Notes: generated from the sequence alone by a model not told the origin. A stretch of DNA of 63,098 bases, filler included, from Octopus bimaculoides (GCF_001194135.2; 7 parts of 5 records of this genome joined end to end with filler, not necessarily neighbours in it), one strand, 5' to 3'. Counted from the first letter of the whole stretch, positions 1-12,196 are shown. Numbers and translations are program-made.

Positions 1-650
1 TATGTCGAACAGCTGCTGTCACGTGTGGAACGGATCCGTCTGTCGACCGACTCTGCAGTGATGATCGCACCGCCGCCCTCCTTCAATCGGGCAGTCAAGG
101 CAGTTTTCCTTTGCGTGGTGGCTGCGGCGAAAGAGGTTGTTTGGTGAACAAGACTGAAAAGCATGAGGACAGATACATTCTTCATTGGTAGAACTCTCAT
201 TGACTTCATCAAGTTTCACTTGGAAAGGAAATTGAGAGTGGAGAGGGAAGTGCTGTCCTCGAATGAGTTTATTGAAAGGCGGGGAAAGTTTCTAAAATGG
301 TAAGAGTGGATGGTATTTCTCTAAATGTAAACTTCTGAGTGGGAGAGAAGGAATTGGTGAGGGCACTTGCTCCTAGGTTTTCAGGGAAATCTCGGACAAT
401 GGGGTTCTTCGATTATCCCTAGAGGCCTTCCTGTATCAGGAGGGCCACATGTCTATCATCCTCCCCGCCAATTTTTTTCTAAACCTTTGTATGCTATACA
501 TATGTCCCTTCTTTTTCAGTGTATACCGTGTACACTTTCTTTCTTTCTTTCTTTCTCTTTTTTTTAATCATTCATTATATGTAAAACCCTACACTTTATG
601 TCTGTCTTTGTATTATCCCTCTCATCCTTCGCCCTTGTGGCAAATTAATG

Positions 651-655
<5 letters not shown>
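1..655 (+). mobile_element. 3' end of a degenerate Tx1/L1-clade non-LTR retrotransposon (ORF2 C-terminus plus 3' UTR) with a (CAT)n tail
   Basis: Frame +1 reads YVEQLLSRVERIRLSTDSAVMIAPPPSFNRAVKAVFLCVVAAAKEVVW*TRLK...FIKFHLERKLRVEREVLSSNEFIERRGK. This matches, from recall, the 'AK..+W..R' C-terminus of Tx1/L1 ORF2. It has an in-frame stop, then a pyrimidine-rich UTR and a (CAT)n array from about 653. Confidence 0.65.
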
Positions 656-719
<64 letters not shown>

Positions 720-723
720 CCAC

Positions 724-757
<34 letters not shown>

Positions 758-761
758 TTCA

Positions 762-799
<38 letters not shown>

Positions 800-822
800 A
801 TTATTATTATTATTATTATTAC
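653..822. repeat. (CAT)n/(TAT)n microsatellite
   Basis: Seen directly; it explains the poly-Ile ORF 449..1051. Confidence 0.95.
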
Positions 823-1519
823 TATGCTTCTTTTAGTTATTTTTGAGATGGCACTTTATATTCTGGACGGCAATAATTTCATCCGATTTCGGTTCAGAAT
901 GGATCTCTTTAACCTACACAGAGTCATTAGAAAAGGCAAAAAAAGAAACAAAAAAAAGAACGTATTTAGAATATCGCATATGGCATATTTACTCTCAACT
1001 GGTGATCATGCTTTTCGTAATCTCACTGAATATAAAGCAGTCGCTCAGTAACATTCATTGATCGCTTCATCTCGGTCAGCAGCTTAAACCTTTGGCTTCA
1101 TCGTCAATATCCGGAAAATGGAATTTCCTCATCGGCCAGACACTGATTCAATACCAGCAAATCCACATCAGTACTAATCGATTACCAACCGGCTAAATTC
1201 ATTATTCTTTTTCTATACACCTCTGGCGTGGTGTAAATATCAGGGCAATCCATAGCGACGAGTTATCAGTTGGAATGACAAAAGCCAGTTTGACATTTGG
1301 TAGGCTTTTACAGTGTCTGTAACACACAGTCATGACGTGTCATTTAAGTGTAAACTGTCTGTCTGTCTGTCTGTCTGCATGCGGATTATTCTCCTAATGT
1401 TGCTCTTTTAGGATATGCACCAACGCTTTGTTCGAATATAAACAGGCAGTTGCCGTTCTAGTCCCCGTTTTCCATTTATTCATGTAATTGCATCTACTTT
1501 TATGCGCGTGCGTGCATAT

Positions 1520-1980
1520 TTGAGAGAGAGAGAGTGGGGAGAGAGGGAGAGAGAGGAGTGAGAGGGAGAGAGAGGAGTGAGAGGGAGAGAGTGGAGTGAG
1601 AGGGAGAGAGAGAAGTGAGAGGGAGAGAGAAGAGGGAGAGAGAAGAGGGAGAGAGAAGAGGGAGAGAGAAGAGGGAGAGAGAAGAGGGAGAGAGAAGAGG
1701 GAGAGAGAAGAGGNNNNNNNNNNNNNNNNNNNNNNNNNNNNNNNNNNNNNNNNNNNNNNNNNNNNNNNNNNNNNNNNNNNNNNNNNNNNNNNNNNNNNNN
1801 NNNNNNNNNNNNNNNNNNNNNNNNNNNTGAGAGAGAGAGAGAGAGGAGTGAGAGAGAGAAGAGTGAGAGGGAGAGAGGAGTGAGAGAGAGAAGAGTGAGA
1901 GGGAGAGAGGAGTGAGAGAGAGAAGAGTGAGAGGGAGAGAGGAGTGAGAGAGTCTGTGTGTGTGTGTGTGTGTGTGTGTG
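1520..1980. repeat. GA-rich satellite (about 13-bp GAGGGAGAGAGAA unit) plus (GT)n, interrupted by a gap
   Basis: Seen directly. Confidence 0.9.
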
Positions 1981-2232
1981 ATTTTGAATTGTACTATAAT
2001 GTCATTTCTATCCCTAGTATAGAACATAACAACGTGGAACTCTATGCAGTTACACAACTGCAACTAAGTCCACTAAATATCACACACTATCGTCTTACAA
2101 AAAAGCAAAAAAAAAGAAAAGACTCATTTGGTGAGTGTAGTCTGAAGGCGAGATGGTCATGACTGAAACGCTTTTGACTATAGGTTTGATCGACCAGGTA
2201 TAATGAGCAGTTACAAAATAATAATAACAATA

Positions 2233-2692
2233 GGCGCAGGAGTGGCTGTGTGGTAAGTAGCTTGCTTACCAACGACATGGTTCCAGGTTCAGTCCCACTG
2301 CGTGACACCTTAGGCAAGTGTCTTCTACTATAGCCTCGGACCGACCAAAGCCTTGCGAGTGGANNNNNNNNNNCAGTCCCACTGCGTGACACCTTAGGCA
2401 AGTGTCTTCTACTATAGCCTCGGACCGACCAAAGCCTTGCGAGTGGATTTGGTAGACGGAAACTGAAAGAAGCCCGTCGTATATATGTATATATGTATAT
2501 GTATGTGTGTGTATATGTTGTGTATCTTGACAACCGATGCTGGTGTGTTTAGGTCCCCGTAACTTAGTGGTTCGGCAAAAGAGACCGATAGAATAAGTAC
2601 TAGGCTTACAACGAATAAGTCCTGGGGTCGATTTGATTCGACTAAAGGCGGTGCTCCAGCATGGCCGCAGTCAAATGACTGAAACAAGTAAA
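2233..2692 (+). mobile_element. tRNA-derived SINE, family A (most abundant family in the window)
   Basis: Head GGCGCAGGAGTGGCTGTGTGGTAAG with A/B-box-like motifs, CCTTAGGCAAGTGTCTT core, central (TA/TG)n and tail ending GAAACAAGTAAAA. Homologous to more than 10 other copies here. Confidence 0.85.
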
Positions 2693-3224
2693 ATAATAAT
2701 AACAATAACTAGTAAAAAAAATGATAAATAATCAGAGCACCTCCTGTAGCACAGAGCCAAAACATATAACGTTTACATATACACAACTTGATGAGAATTT
2801 GTCATCCAGTTTAGTCGCTGGAGAAGCTTATGCAACAGTATGCTCATGTTTTATTTCTTATGGTATGTCAGGTTTTTCTTCAAGTATTTTCCCTCGACTT
2901 AAGATTTATATCGCAACCACAGGAGTATTAATAAATGAGTCTTGATCGCCAACTTTGTGTGGATGTTATGTTAGAACAGAGAATGCCGCGTTATTTATCT
3001 TGGGAGGGCCTCTCATATGGACTCATGGTGCATAAAAGCACTCGTATTTATAGCGCTTACGGACAAGAATCGTCTGCTACGACCGCCGGAACTGCCAGGT
3101 CGTGTGATTTCTTTCTTCAATAGGTTCCTCAGTGGCAGATGTCCCGGGACTAAAAACCACATGGTACGTTAAAAGAGTCTTTCGACAGAAAACAGAAAAC
3201 GAAGACAAAAAAAAAAAATCTGAT

Positions 3225-3493
3225 AGGAGTGACTATGTGGTAAGTAGCTTGCTTACCAGCCACATGGTTCCGAGTTCAGTCCCACTGCGTGGCACCTTGG
3301 ACAAGTGTCTTCTACTATAGCCTCGGGCCGACCAAAGCATTGTGAGTGGATTTGGTAGACGGAAACTGAAAGAAGCCTGTCATATATATGCATATATATA
3401 TATATGCATGTGTGTGTATATGTTTGTGTGTCTGTGTTTGTCCCCCAACATTGCTTGACAACCGATGGTGGTGTATTTACGTCCCCGTAACTT
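3225..3493 (+). mobile_element. SINE family A, truncated by a gap
   Basis: High identity to the 2233-2692 copy. Confidence 0.85.
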
Positions 3494-3898
3494 NNNNNNN
3501 NNNNNNNNNNNNNNNNNNNNNNNNNNNNNNNNNNNNNNNNNNNNNNNNNNNNNNNNNNNNNNNNNNNNNNNNNNNNNNNNNNNNNNNNNNNNNNNNNNNN
3601 NNNNNNNNNNNNNNNNNNNNNNNNNNNNNNNNNNNNNNNNNNNNNNNNNNNNNNNNNNNNNNNNNNNNNNNNNNNNNNNNNNNNNNNNNNNNNNNNNNNN
3701 NNNNNNNNNNNNNNNNNNNNNNNNNNNNNNNNNNNNNNNNNNNNNNNNNNNNNNNNNNNNNNNNNNNNNNNNNNNNNNNNNNNNNNNNNNNNNNNNNNNN
3801 NNNNNNNNNNNNNNNNNNNNNNNNNNNNNNNNNNNNNNNNNNNNNNNNNNNNNNNNNNNNNNNNNNNNNNNNNNNNNNNNNNNNNNNNNNNNNNNNNN

Positions 3899-3945
<47 letters not shown>

Positions 3946-4576
3946 GATAATATAGACGGAGAGAAACATAATGTGAGTCACAGTGAGATGTGAGATGAAA
4001 CAAATTAGTTATGATGAAATATATGACCGTCAAAACAAATCGTTATTGCATAACTTTCTATATTCGGTTTTTGATAAAGTCTTCAAATGGTGATGATGCA
4101 ATTTTTACCTTCAGATCTTGATATTTGCGATCGAAAGCAAATATCCAGGAGGAAATTTGGTAATTCCAATGGGGAAATTTTTGTGAGGTTGAAATAATTA
4201 TTCATCATTATTATTATCATTTATAAGGTGGCGAGCTGGCAGAATCGTTAGTACGCATGTACTAGGATCGATAAAATCGACCAAACTCCTACTCTCGAAA
4301 CTACTGGCCATCTGTCTAAGTTACACACTATTATTTATATTTTATTCAAAATTTGTTTCCTTTAATTTCGACTTTTAAGGACGCTAGTGTTAAATTACTG
4401 AAGGGCGGTTAATGTTACGTAATAGATTGCATTATATATAAGATTACTTCTGTCTTAATGAGGGTATGTGTGTGGTGGGGTAATCCGGATCGTCATACGA
4501 TAAAGAAAGGAAATAATGATATAGCGTGTGATACTTTGGACCAATCAACAAGACAGAACTCATGCATGTGTATATA

Positions 4577-4790
4577 AAGGCACGTGGGGTTGATGATTAT
4601 AAGGTCGTGGGTTCGATTCCTGGAGTGGGCGGTGGATTTTGTCCTTGAGCAAAGTAATTCATTTCAGCTAATTTCAATCCACTCAGCTGAAAATGAGTAC
4701 CTGTAGCAATTGGTGTGGAATTATAACTGCGAGGGACTGGCGTTTCGTTGAACGCTGAATCACATACCCTCAATCACTTGGTGCGTGTGT
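4577..4790 (+). mobile_element. Degenerate SINE family C
   Basis: GGTTCGATTCC B-box, TGTCCTTGAGCAAAG core and CCACTCAGCTGAAAATGAGTACCTG shared with 5681-5861 and 55843-56150. Confidence 0.6.
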
Positions 4791-4816
4791 GTGTGTGTGT
4801 GTGTATGTGTGTATTT

Positions 4817-4818
4817 TC

Positions 4819-4856
<38 letters not shown>

Positions 4857-4895
4857 GGGGATAACACATCAAGGCCAATGTATGTGCGCATTTTC

Positions 4896-4928
<33 letters not shown>

Positions 4929-5067
4929 CAGAGACAGGTAGATCGATAGATAGATAGATAGATAGATAAATAGATAGACAGAGACAGGTAGATAGATAGA
5001 TAGATAGACAGAGACAGGTAGGTAGATAGATAGATAGATAGATAGATAGACAGAGACAGGTAGATAG

Positions 5068-5119
<52 letters not shown>

Positions 5120-5120
5120 N
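4817..5120. repeat. (GATA)n microsatellite
   Basis: Seen directly. Confidence 0.95.
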
Positions 5121-5680
5121 NNNNNNNNNNNNNNNNNNNNNNNNNNNNNNNNNNNNNNNNNNNNNNNNNNNNNNNNNNNNNNNNNNNNNNNNNNNNNNNN
5201 NNNNNNNNNNNNNNNNNNNNNNNNNNNNNNNNNNNNNNNNNNNNNNNNNNNNNNNNNNNNNNNNNNNNNNNNNNNNNNNNNNNNNNNNNNNNNNNNNNNN
5301 NNNNNNNNNNNNNNNNNNNNNNNNNNNNNNNNNNNNNNNNNNNNNNNNNNNNNNNNNNNNNNNNNNNNNNNNNNNNNNNNNNNNNNNNNNNNNNNNNNNN
5401 NNNNNNNNNNNNNNNNNNNNNNNNNNNNNNNNNNNNNNNNNNNNNNNNNNNNNNNNNNNNNNNNNNNNNNNNNNNNNNNNNNNNNNNNNNNNNNNNNNNN
5501 NNNNNNNNNNNNNNNNNNNNNNNNNNNNNNNNNNNNNNNNNNNNNNNNNNNNNNNNNNNNNNNNNNNNNNNNNNNNNNNNNNNNNNNNNNNNNNNNNNNN
5601 NNNNNNNNNNNNNNNNNNNNNNNNNNNNNNNNNNNNNNNNNNNNNNNNNNNNNNNNNNNNNNNNNNNNNNNNNNNNNNNN

Positions 5681-5861
5681 TGACATAGAGTGTGACAAGA
5701 CCGGCCCTTTGAAATACAGGTACTACTCATTTTTGCCTGCTGAGTGGACCTGGAGCAACGTGAAATAAAGTGTCTTGCTCAAGGACACAACGCGTCGCCG
5801 GGAATTGAACTCACGACCTTACAATCGCGAGCCGAATGCCCTAACCACTAAACCACGCGCC
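5681..5861 (-). mobile_element. tRNA-derived SINE, family C
   Basis: Reverse complement reads GGCGCGTGGTTTAGTGGTTAGGGCATTCGGCTCGCGATTG..GTGAGTTCAATTCCC..TTGTGTCCTTGAGCAAGACACTT, a tRNA-like head plus a conserved core domain. Confidence 0.85.
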
Positions 5862-7240
5862 TTCTGCTGCATAGACATATCGCAATTTCATTTGTATCTA
5901 GTTTCATTCATCTGGTCAATACTCTATGAAGCTTTATTCAAGGTTCAACCTCTGTCGTGTTTTGGAGCGAACTAAGGGTATGTAGTTTTAGCTAGCTTTA
6001 TATTTTTGCAAATATAGCCTATTTCTGTGCACTAGTCATCCTACCCTAGGGGCAAGTTATGTGGTGCTCGAGCTACTTACTCTGAATTAATATCAAGATC
6101 GCCCCTAATTAAAAGAAAAAAAATGGTCGTCAACGTTAGTTTTCCCAACACCAGAGGATGCACGCAGTATCTGATGCATGAACACTTTGGCAGGCAATTT
6201 CTTATCGGCTCGGCCTGCAGTCACAATGCATGTTTAACCGCCCTAAAACATTTGTAGCGCGAGAACATGATGCTGGAAGCAAGGGATGGTGCAAATCGGA
6301 TCATCTCCATCTAAAACAATTCACGAGAAGGCTTTGCACACACACACACACACACACGACGAGCTTCTGTCAGCATCGGTCTACCAAATCCACTCATAAG
6401 GGTGTATTCAGTCCGAGGCCAGAGTAGAAGACGCCCAATGTCTTTCATTTGTTTCAAGGGTACTGCCTTGAAGAATTTTAGTCGAACGATTCTATCTTAC
6501 TACTAATTTACCTTACTACTGATAGTATNNNNNNNNNNTAGATAGATAGATAGATAGATAGATAGGGATAACACATCAAGGCGAATACTGTTCAAGCACT
6601 CAATCATAGCCCAAGTTATAGCTAACCGCATCTAGTGACAAGGAACACCTAGGATTATTTGAGGTTAGCAATCCCTATATATTTCATCCGATGGTTAAAT
6701 CCTGGATTAGCCTCGCTGGATTATAAATAGGTTGCCAAGTGTATATCTAAGACAATTACAATGAATACGAAGACTAATACATCTGCATATTTTTTTTTTT
6801 TTTTTNNNNNNNNNNNNNNNNNNNNNNNNNNNNNNNNNNNNNNNNNNNNTTAATTAATTAANNNNNNNNNNNNNNNNNNNNNNNNNNNNNNNNNNNNNNN
6901 NNNNNGAGGAGGAGGAGGAGGAGGAGGAGGAGGAGGAGGGGGATGATGATAATAATAATGATGATAATAAGAAAAAGAAGAGAATAAGAATAAGAATACG
7001 GCTCACGTACTGCCCAATTCTTTGCTAAACAATGGAGCTCACACTCTGCGCAAATTCTTGTCCTTGTAATCTAAATATCTTTGTTTCTTGGTGTTTATTT
7101 TTTTAACTTAATAAGACCGGAAGCTATGTCGAACTGTAATATTACCCTGCATTGACGTCTCTATGATATGGTTGTCACTCGGCATGTATTTGTTATCTAA
7201 CCGATATGAAAGAAAATATTAACAGAAAAAAAATGATAAT

Positions 7241-7332
7241 AATTAGCACTCCACTACCAACGTGGCTCGAAAACATAGGTACAAATATAAACACAGGACA
7301 CCTACAAAAAAACATTACTGTTTGGAACTGGG
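7241..7332 (+). mobile_element. Short 3' fragment of an RLE-type (R4/Dong-like) LINE
   Basis: Translates ISTPLPTWLENIGTNINTGHLQK(frameshift)LLFGT, matching the 'LQK.ALLGT' C-terminus of RLE-encoding LINEs. Confidence 0.5.
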
Positions 7333-7680
7333 GGTTCATGAACCATGATTAGGGAGCGTGATCAGTAAACAAGTGTCACCTTAGTCTACAGCTGACACTT
7401 TCCATCATACCCTGCAAAATAAGTTGAGTTTTCATCAAATGAATAAATAAATTAATTAATAATAAGGTACTGAGAAAAGCATTATCGCTGTGAAAACAGC
7501 ATCCATTCATGAATTTATTTATTTATTAATTTTTCTTTTAATACATATTTTACCTGTGAATTTGCGTGTGTAAACTGGGAATGCATACAATGAGCTTCTC
7601 TACCCTAGGTGTACGGAAAACACTCGGCGAGAAATGGAAGAAAATTTGAAGAAAGAAGAAAAAAACAACATAATAATAAT

Positions 7681-8028
7681 AAGAGCACTCAGGGAGCGCA
7701 AATCTACGCCAAGGCAATGCCAATGATTAGACAGAGATGATTTTTAAAATGAAAACATTTGAAATAAACTCGATTTCTCTAACAAACGAGAATACTAAAA
7801 ATGAACCCGACCGCTCTCAAAGATTAAGTAAAAAAAAAAAAGACAGAAAATATAATCCAGAATCCTTGTCCGGTACCGGATCGATCCTAAAATCTAATCA
7901 GTTCGTGTCAGCCATGAGGCCAGACATTCCTGAAAGTTTCATCCGAATCCGTCCAGCGGTTCTCCAGATAACTTGCCTACGGACAAACAAACATCTGAAA
8001 ACAATACCTCCGCCTTCGCTCAGGCAGA

Positions 8029-8032
<4 letters not shown>
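7681..8032. mobile_element. Non-autonomous element with a terminal hairpin and subterminal inverted repeat (Helentron/HINE-like), inserted in (TAA)n
   Basis: Hairpin TACCTCCGCC-ttcgctca-GGCAGAGGTA at 8005-8032; related AATCTACGCC at 7701-7710; (TAA)n on both sides. The class assignment is inference. Confidence 0.45.
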
Positions 8033-8110
<78 letters not shown>

Positions 8111-10146
8111 NNNNNNNNNNNNNNNNNNNNNNNNNNNNNNNNNNNNNNNNNNNNNNNNNNNNNNNNNNNNNNNNNNNNNNNNNNNNNNNNNNNNNNNNNN
8201 NNNNNNNNNNNNNNNNNNNNNNNNNNNNNNNNNNNNNNNNNNNNNNNNNNNNNNNNNNNNNNNNNNNNNNNNNNNNNNNNNNNNNNNNNNNNNNNNNNNN
8301 NNNNNNNNNNNNNNNNNNNNNNNNNNNNNNNNNNNNNNNNNNNNNNNNNNNNCTTCAGTTCCTTCCTCCCTTCCTTCCTTCCTTCCTTCCTTCCTTCCTT
8401 CCTTCCTTCCTTCCTTCCTTCCTTCCTCCCTTCTCTCTCTCTGTGTCTATATATGTCCCTGACTGTTCGGCTTCCTCTGCCTGTCTGTTTCTCCAGATTC
8501 CTCAGTACAAAACAATTCTATCCATTACTAGCACACGAGCAGTTAAGTCCGTGAAGTTAAGCCTTCTCATAAGTCTTCCTAAACGGGAGACCATTCGAAT
8601 ATTGTCATGTAACCTTCGGGAGTCATTTGGAATTGTATTTCCATTGGGACTCCACCGAAAAGCATATCGCTTCTTGCCGACGCCGAACGCACCTCCTCCC
8701 CGTTCATTGCCGCAATGCTGCCGACGACCTGACAGTTAGTGCCATCGATCTTGACATTGTTTGTTCTACATCACTCGCGTCTTGGTAGATGTGTATCACA
8801 TTAAATCAGCATGACTGCACTCTGTTAGCAGTTTTCAAAGCAAGGTATATGGTTCCGTAATTCTTCCTTTGACACATAGAGGCTATAACACTTCACATAT
8901 GAACCAGGACTATCTCTAATAAATCATTTGAGCTAGAATGTATGAATACACCTGTTCCGCTTTTGTATGATGCATAAATCGGTAAATTTCCTTCCTTTCT
9001 AGAATTTAGAAACAGTCTGGAAATGATGCACCACTTTTTGTTCAACAACTCTGCCAAGCTATACTCTTTTCGACCAGTCGATTTATGGTCAAGATAAAAA
9101 ATATATCTTTTGTTTTGCCTGTTTTGTTCATATAACAAACTTGGGATGTATCTGTGCTACCTCTTGTTTTTGTTGTTGCTTACCTTCTTATTTTTTAATG
9201 TTCGAGTTCATATTACTGTTTTCTGTCAAAAAAAGTAATTTTTTCAATGTGAAGTGTTTACGTTCTGCTCTGTGATTAAATTTGTTTTCATTTTTTCTGT
9301 TCACTCTCTGTAAAATTGTGTTTGTCTTCGTTCGAGTACTTGAGGGCGTATCTGTTTACATAAGTGTATCCCCACTGTGACTAACGCCTGTTCCCGCTCC
9401 TTCATAAGGAGAAGCCCTCTTGAATTTCTAATAGCAATTTTATTTATTTATTTATTGAAAAGTTAAAAATATATAACCGTCGAAAGACAAACTTGTTTTC
9501 GACCATAAGTGAAGGATGTCACCATTTAAACGTTTCGAACCATCGTTAAGTAAAATTATGTAAGATGTCCATTGTACATGGTTTAAATGCGGGACACGCA
9601 ATAAGACATATTACCACAAATAACAACATTGATAACAACAACTGCAAGAACAAGAACGGTTTTAAATTTAGGCGCAAGACTAGTAATACTGAATGGAGGA
9701 TTTAAATCATACAACCTGATGCACTAATACACTATTTTGTGGATCCGGTAGGGATGAAAGTTAAAGATGTCGTGGGAAAGATTTGAACTGAGAATATAAA
9801 ATTTGGAGCATATACCGCAAGATATTTGAGCTAGAATATATGAATAAACCTGTTCCGCTTTTGTGCGATGCATAAATCGGTAAATTTTTGTTCCTTTCTA
9901 GAATTTAGAAACATTCTGGAAATGATGCACAATTCTGGGTTTCTCATTTGGGTACAAGTCTAACGGTTTTAAAAGGAGAAGATGCCGTATAAAATATATT
10001 TCAGTAATTGACTAGAGTTTTATTTTACTGACCTGTGCGAAGATGAAAGACAAAATAAACGTGACGAGAAGTGAATTCAGATACATAAAGAGCCGGAAGA
10101 ATTATTGCAAAGTACTTTTAACGACAATCAGATGATGATGACGATG

Positions 10147-10214
<68 letters not shown>

Positions 10215-10334
10215 CAGTTGAGGTCGATGAAAAAGGTGGTAGTAGTACCGATAATTGTCGGAACCCTGGGAACAGTGAGCAAAAATCTTGAGAAGTACGT
10301 GGAACAAATAGGGGCTGCAATAAGGGTGGAGCAC
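10215..10334 (+). mobile_element. 3' fragment of an RLE-type (R4/Dong-like) LINE
   Basis: MKKVVVVPIIVGTLGTVSKNLEKYVEQIGAAIRVEH is the 'PI++GALG' RLE C-terminal motif. It directly follows (TAA)n at 10147-10213. Confidence 0.7.
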
Positions 10335-11849
10335 TTTAACGGCATCAGCTCAAGAGTCTCTGATTGGTTCTGTGTTACGAAAATCATAATCGCTGCCATT
10401 TCCTACAGACCCAGGAAGTAAAAAAAAGTGAATGCTAACGATAAAATATACTGCAGTTATCCTAGGCACACAAAGCTGCGCTCTGTGATTCAGTGAAAAA
10501 CACGCAATAAAATAAACCAAAGCAAAGCAATAATTATGTCATAAACACGTTATGTTGTTTGTAAATCAGGCGACTCAACTTACAGGTTACTGCATATGCT
10601 TCCATTCGAAGAGCAATGACTGCTTTACTCTATTTGAAGGACATACCCAAACGACCCCTACCGATAAGAAAATACGGACAGCCGTATCACTGAACATAGT
10701 TGTTGACACACATTAATATTTTTTATGGTGACATTCTATCCTATTTAATTAAATCTAATGCGTAATTTAGCATTCTGCTCAGCTTTTTATTGATAAACTA
10801 TCATTCAAGTAGTACATAGAGATTTAAAAAAAAAAAAAATTATATTTTTTCACCAAACAATATTAATCCTGAAATATATGACTTAATTATTGTAAATTAT
10901 GCAGTCATGTTATGAGAAAAACTACGTTTGCTATATGATATTTATTATTTCAATTATATTTTATATAATTACGATATTTTGTTATATTGTTGTTACTGTT
11001 GCAGCTATCGTTGCTGTTTTGTTGTAGTTATGGTTCATTTTCTTATCCATTTTGCTATTATTTTAGCTTTCTTAATCGGATGTACTCAAAAGTTTTAAGA
11101 AGGTGCTTTTAATTTTACTAAAAATTGTCTGTAGTTGTGTCATTTCGTATAGTTTTAGTTTTAGAACTGTCAGTTAAGTATCAATGAAAGTTTCATGACA
11201 TGGTTATGAAATATTGTCAATTTCGATGTTTTTTCAGGCCAAATATCAGTATGTAATCTACAGGTAAATATAAGGACAGTTTAAATATTACATATCTTAA
11301 CTCTGAATTTTATAGTTATTCGATTTGATTTTTAAATGTGTTGTATTTTAGAAAAAACTGTCCTTATCAAAGCAATTTTGTTGATTTTAGAAGTTATTAA
11401 TGGTGCCCGACGAACAAATACCGGATTTATAGCTGTACCATAAATTGTTATAACTGATTTATAGCTGTACCATAAACTGCTATACTTAGGTTTGTCTGTA
11501 TCTTAACAGTAGTCATGCACTCAATCTTGACAAGATTAATCCGGACACTCACCACTTTGCATTTGCAGGTTAGTCTTTAATGAGAATTGGCAGGGTAGCA
11601 ATGGCATTCTTAACAGCAATAAGTCAAATTAGAGATTAAGCAACATCCATTTACAGACTCCGATACTATTCTCTTTTTCAGTTCTTTGAAAAGTGCTAGT
11701 AGAATAGAATCTGTTATTAACTAGATCAAGGCAGCTTACAGCCTAAAACAATCCGTCACCAGACACAAAAGATACTGAACTTGGTAAGGTTTTAGCTGAA
11801 ATTTTTCAATCTGTAAATCATTAAAAGCATCCTGGTAAATGCTACTTTC

Positions 11850-12196
11850 ATACTTTTGCACAAAGGTAGCAATTTCGCTTCAGTTCACTCAGCTGCAGAA
11901 ATGAGTTGCGACGCCACTGGTTCCAAGCTGTGTCGCCATAGACAACCAGCGACCACTGGTCTTCCGTAAACAACCTTGTGTGGACTCGTACTTCGGAGGG
12001 GGAAATTTCTAAGTGCAATACCATGGGCATTCGTGACCGAAGTGGGGTCTTTACCTTTCAGAGAGTTTATATTTTGTGTAAACTGAACATAAATGCTTGT
12101 TCAAGAACACATCACACGACCTGGTCCGGGAATCGAACTGACTACCTCATGATTGTGAGCCTGACGCACTAACCACTGAGCAATGCGTCTTCACCT
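11850..12196 (-). mobile_element. Composite SINE: family-C head on the minus strand joined to an oppositely oriented SINE body
   Basis: Reverse complement head GCATTGCTCAGTGGTTAGTGCGTCAGGCTCACAATCATGAGG..GTTCGATTCCC. CAGTTCACTCAGCTGCAGAAATGAGTTG at about 11880 is the family-C core in the other orientation. Confidence 0.55.

Noticed and set aside
449-1051. Long ORFs with poly-Ile, poly-X or HT/CV/YI dipeptides here and across the window
   Set aside because: They are translations of microsatellites and N runs.
2284-2447. Apparent tandem duplication of about 75 bp inside a SINE
   Set aside because: Identical copies sit on either side of a 10-N gap; this is an unmerged contig overlap.
5775-5861. 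tRNA-like sequences here and at 43090-43160 and 12130-12190 as tRNA genes
   Set aside because: Each continues into a SINE body, so they are SINE heads.
10585-10630. Minus-strand mini-exon SKAVIALRMEAYAVT resembling the end of an F5/8 type C domain
   Set aside because: Good donor, but no other discoidin-domain exon was found in the right order or spacing.
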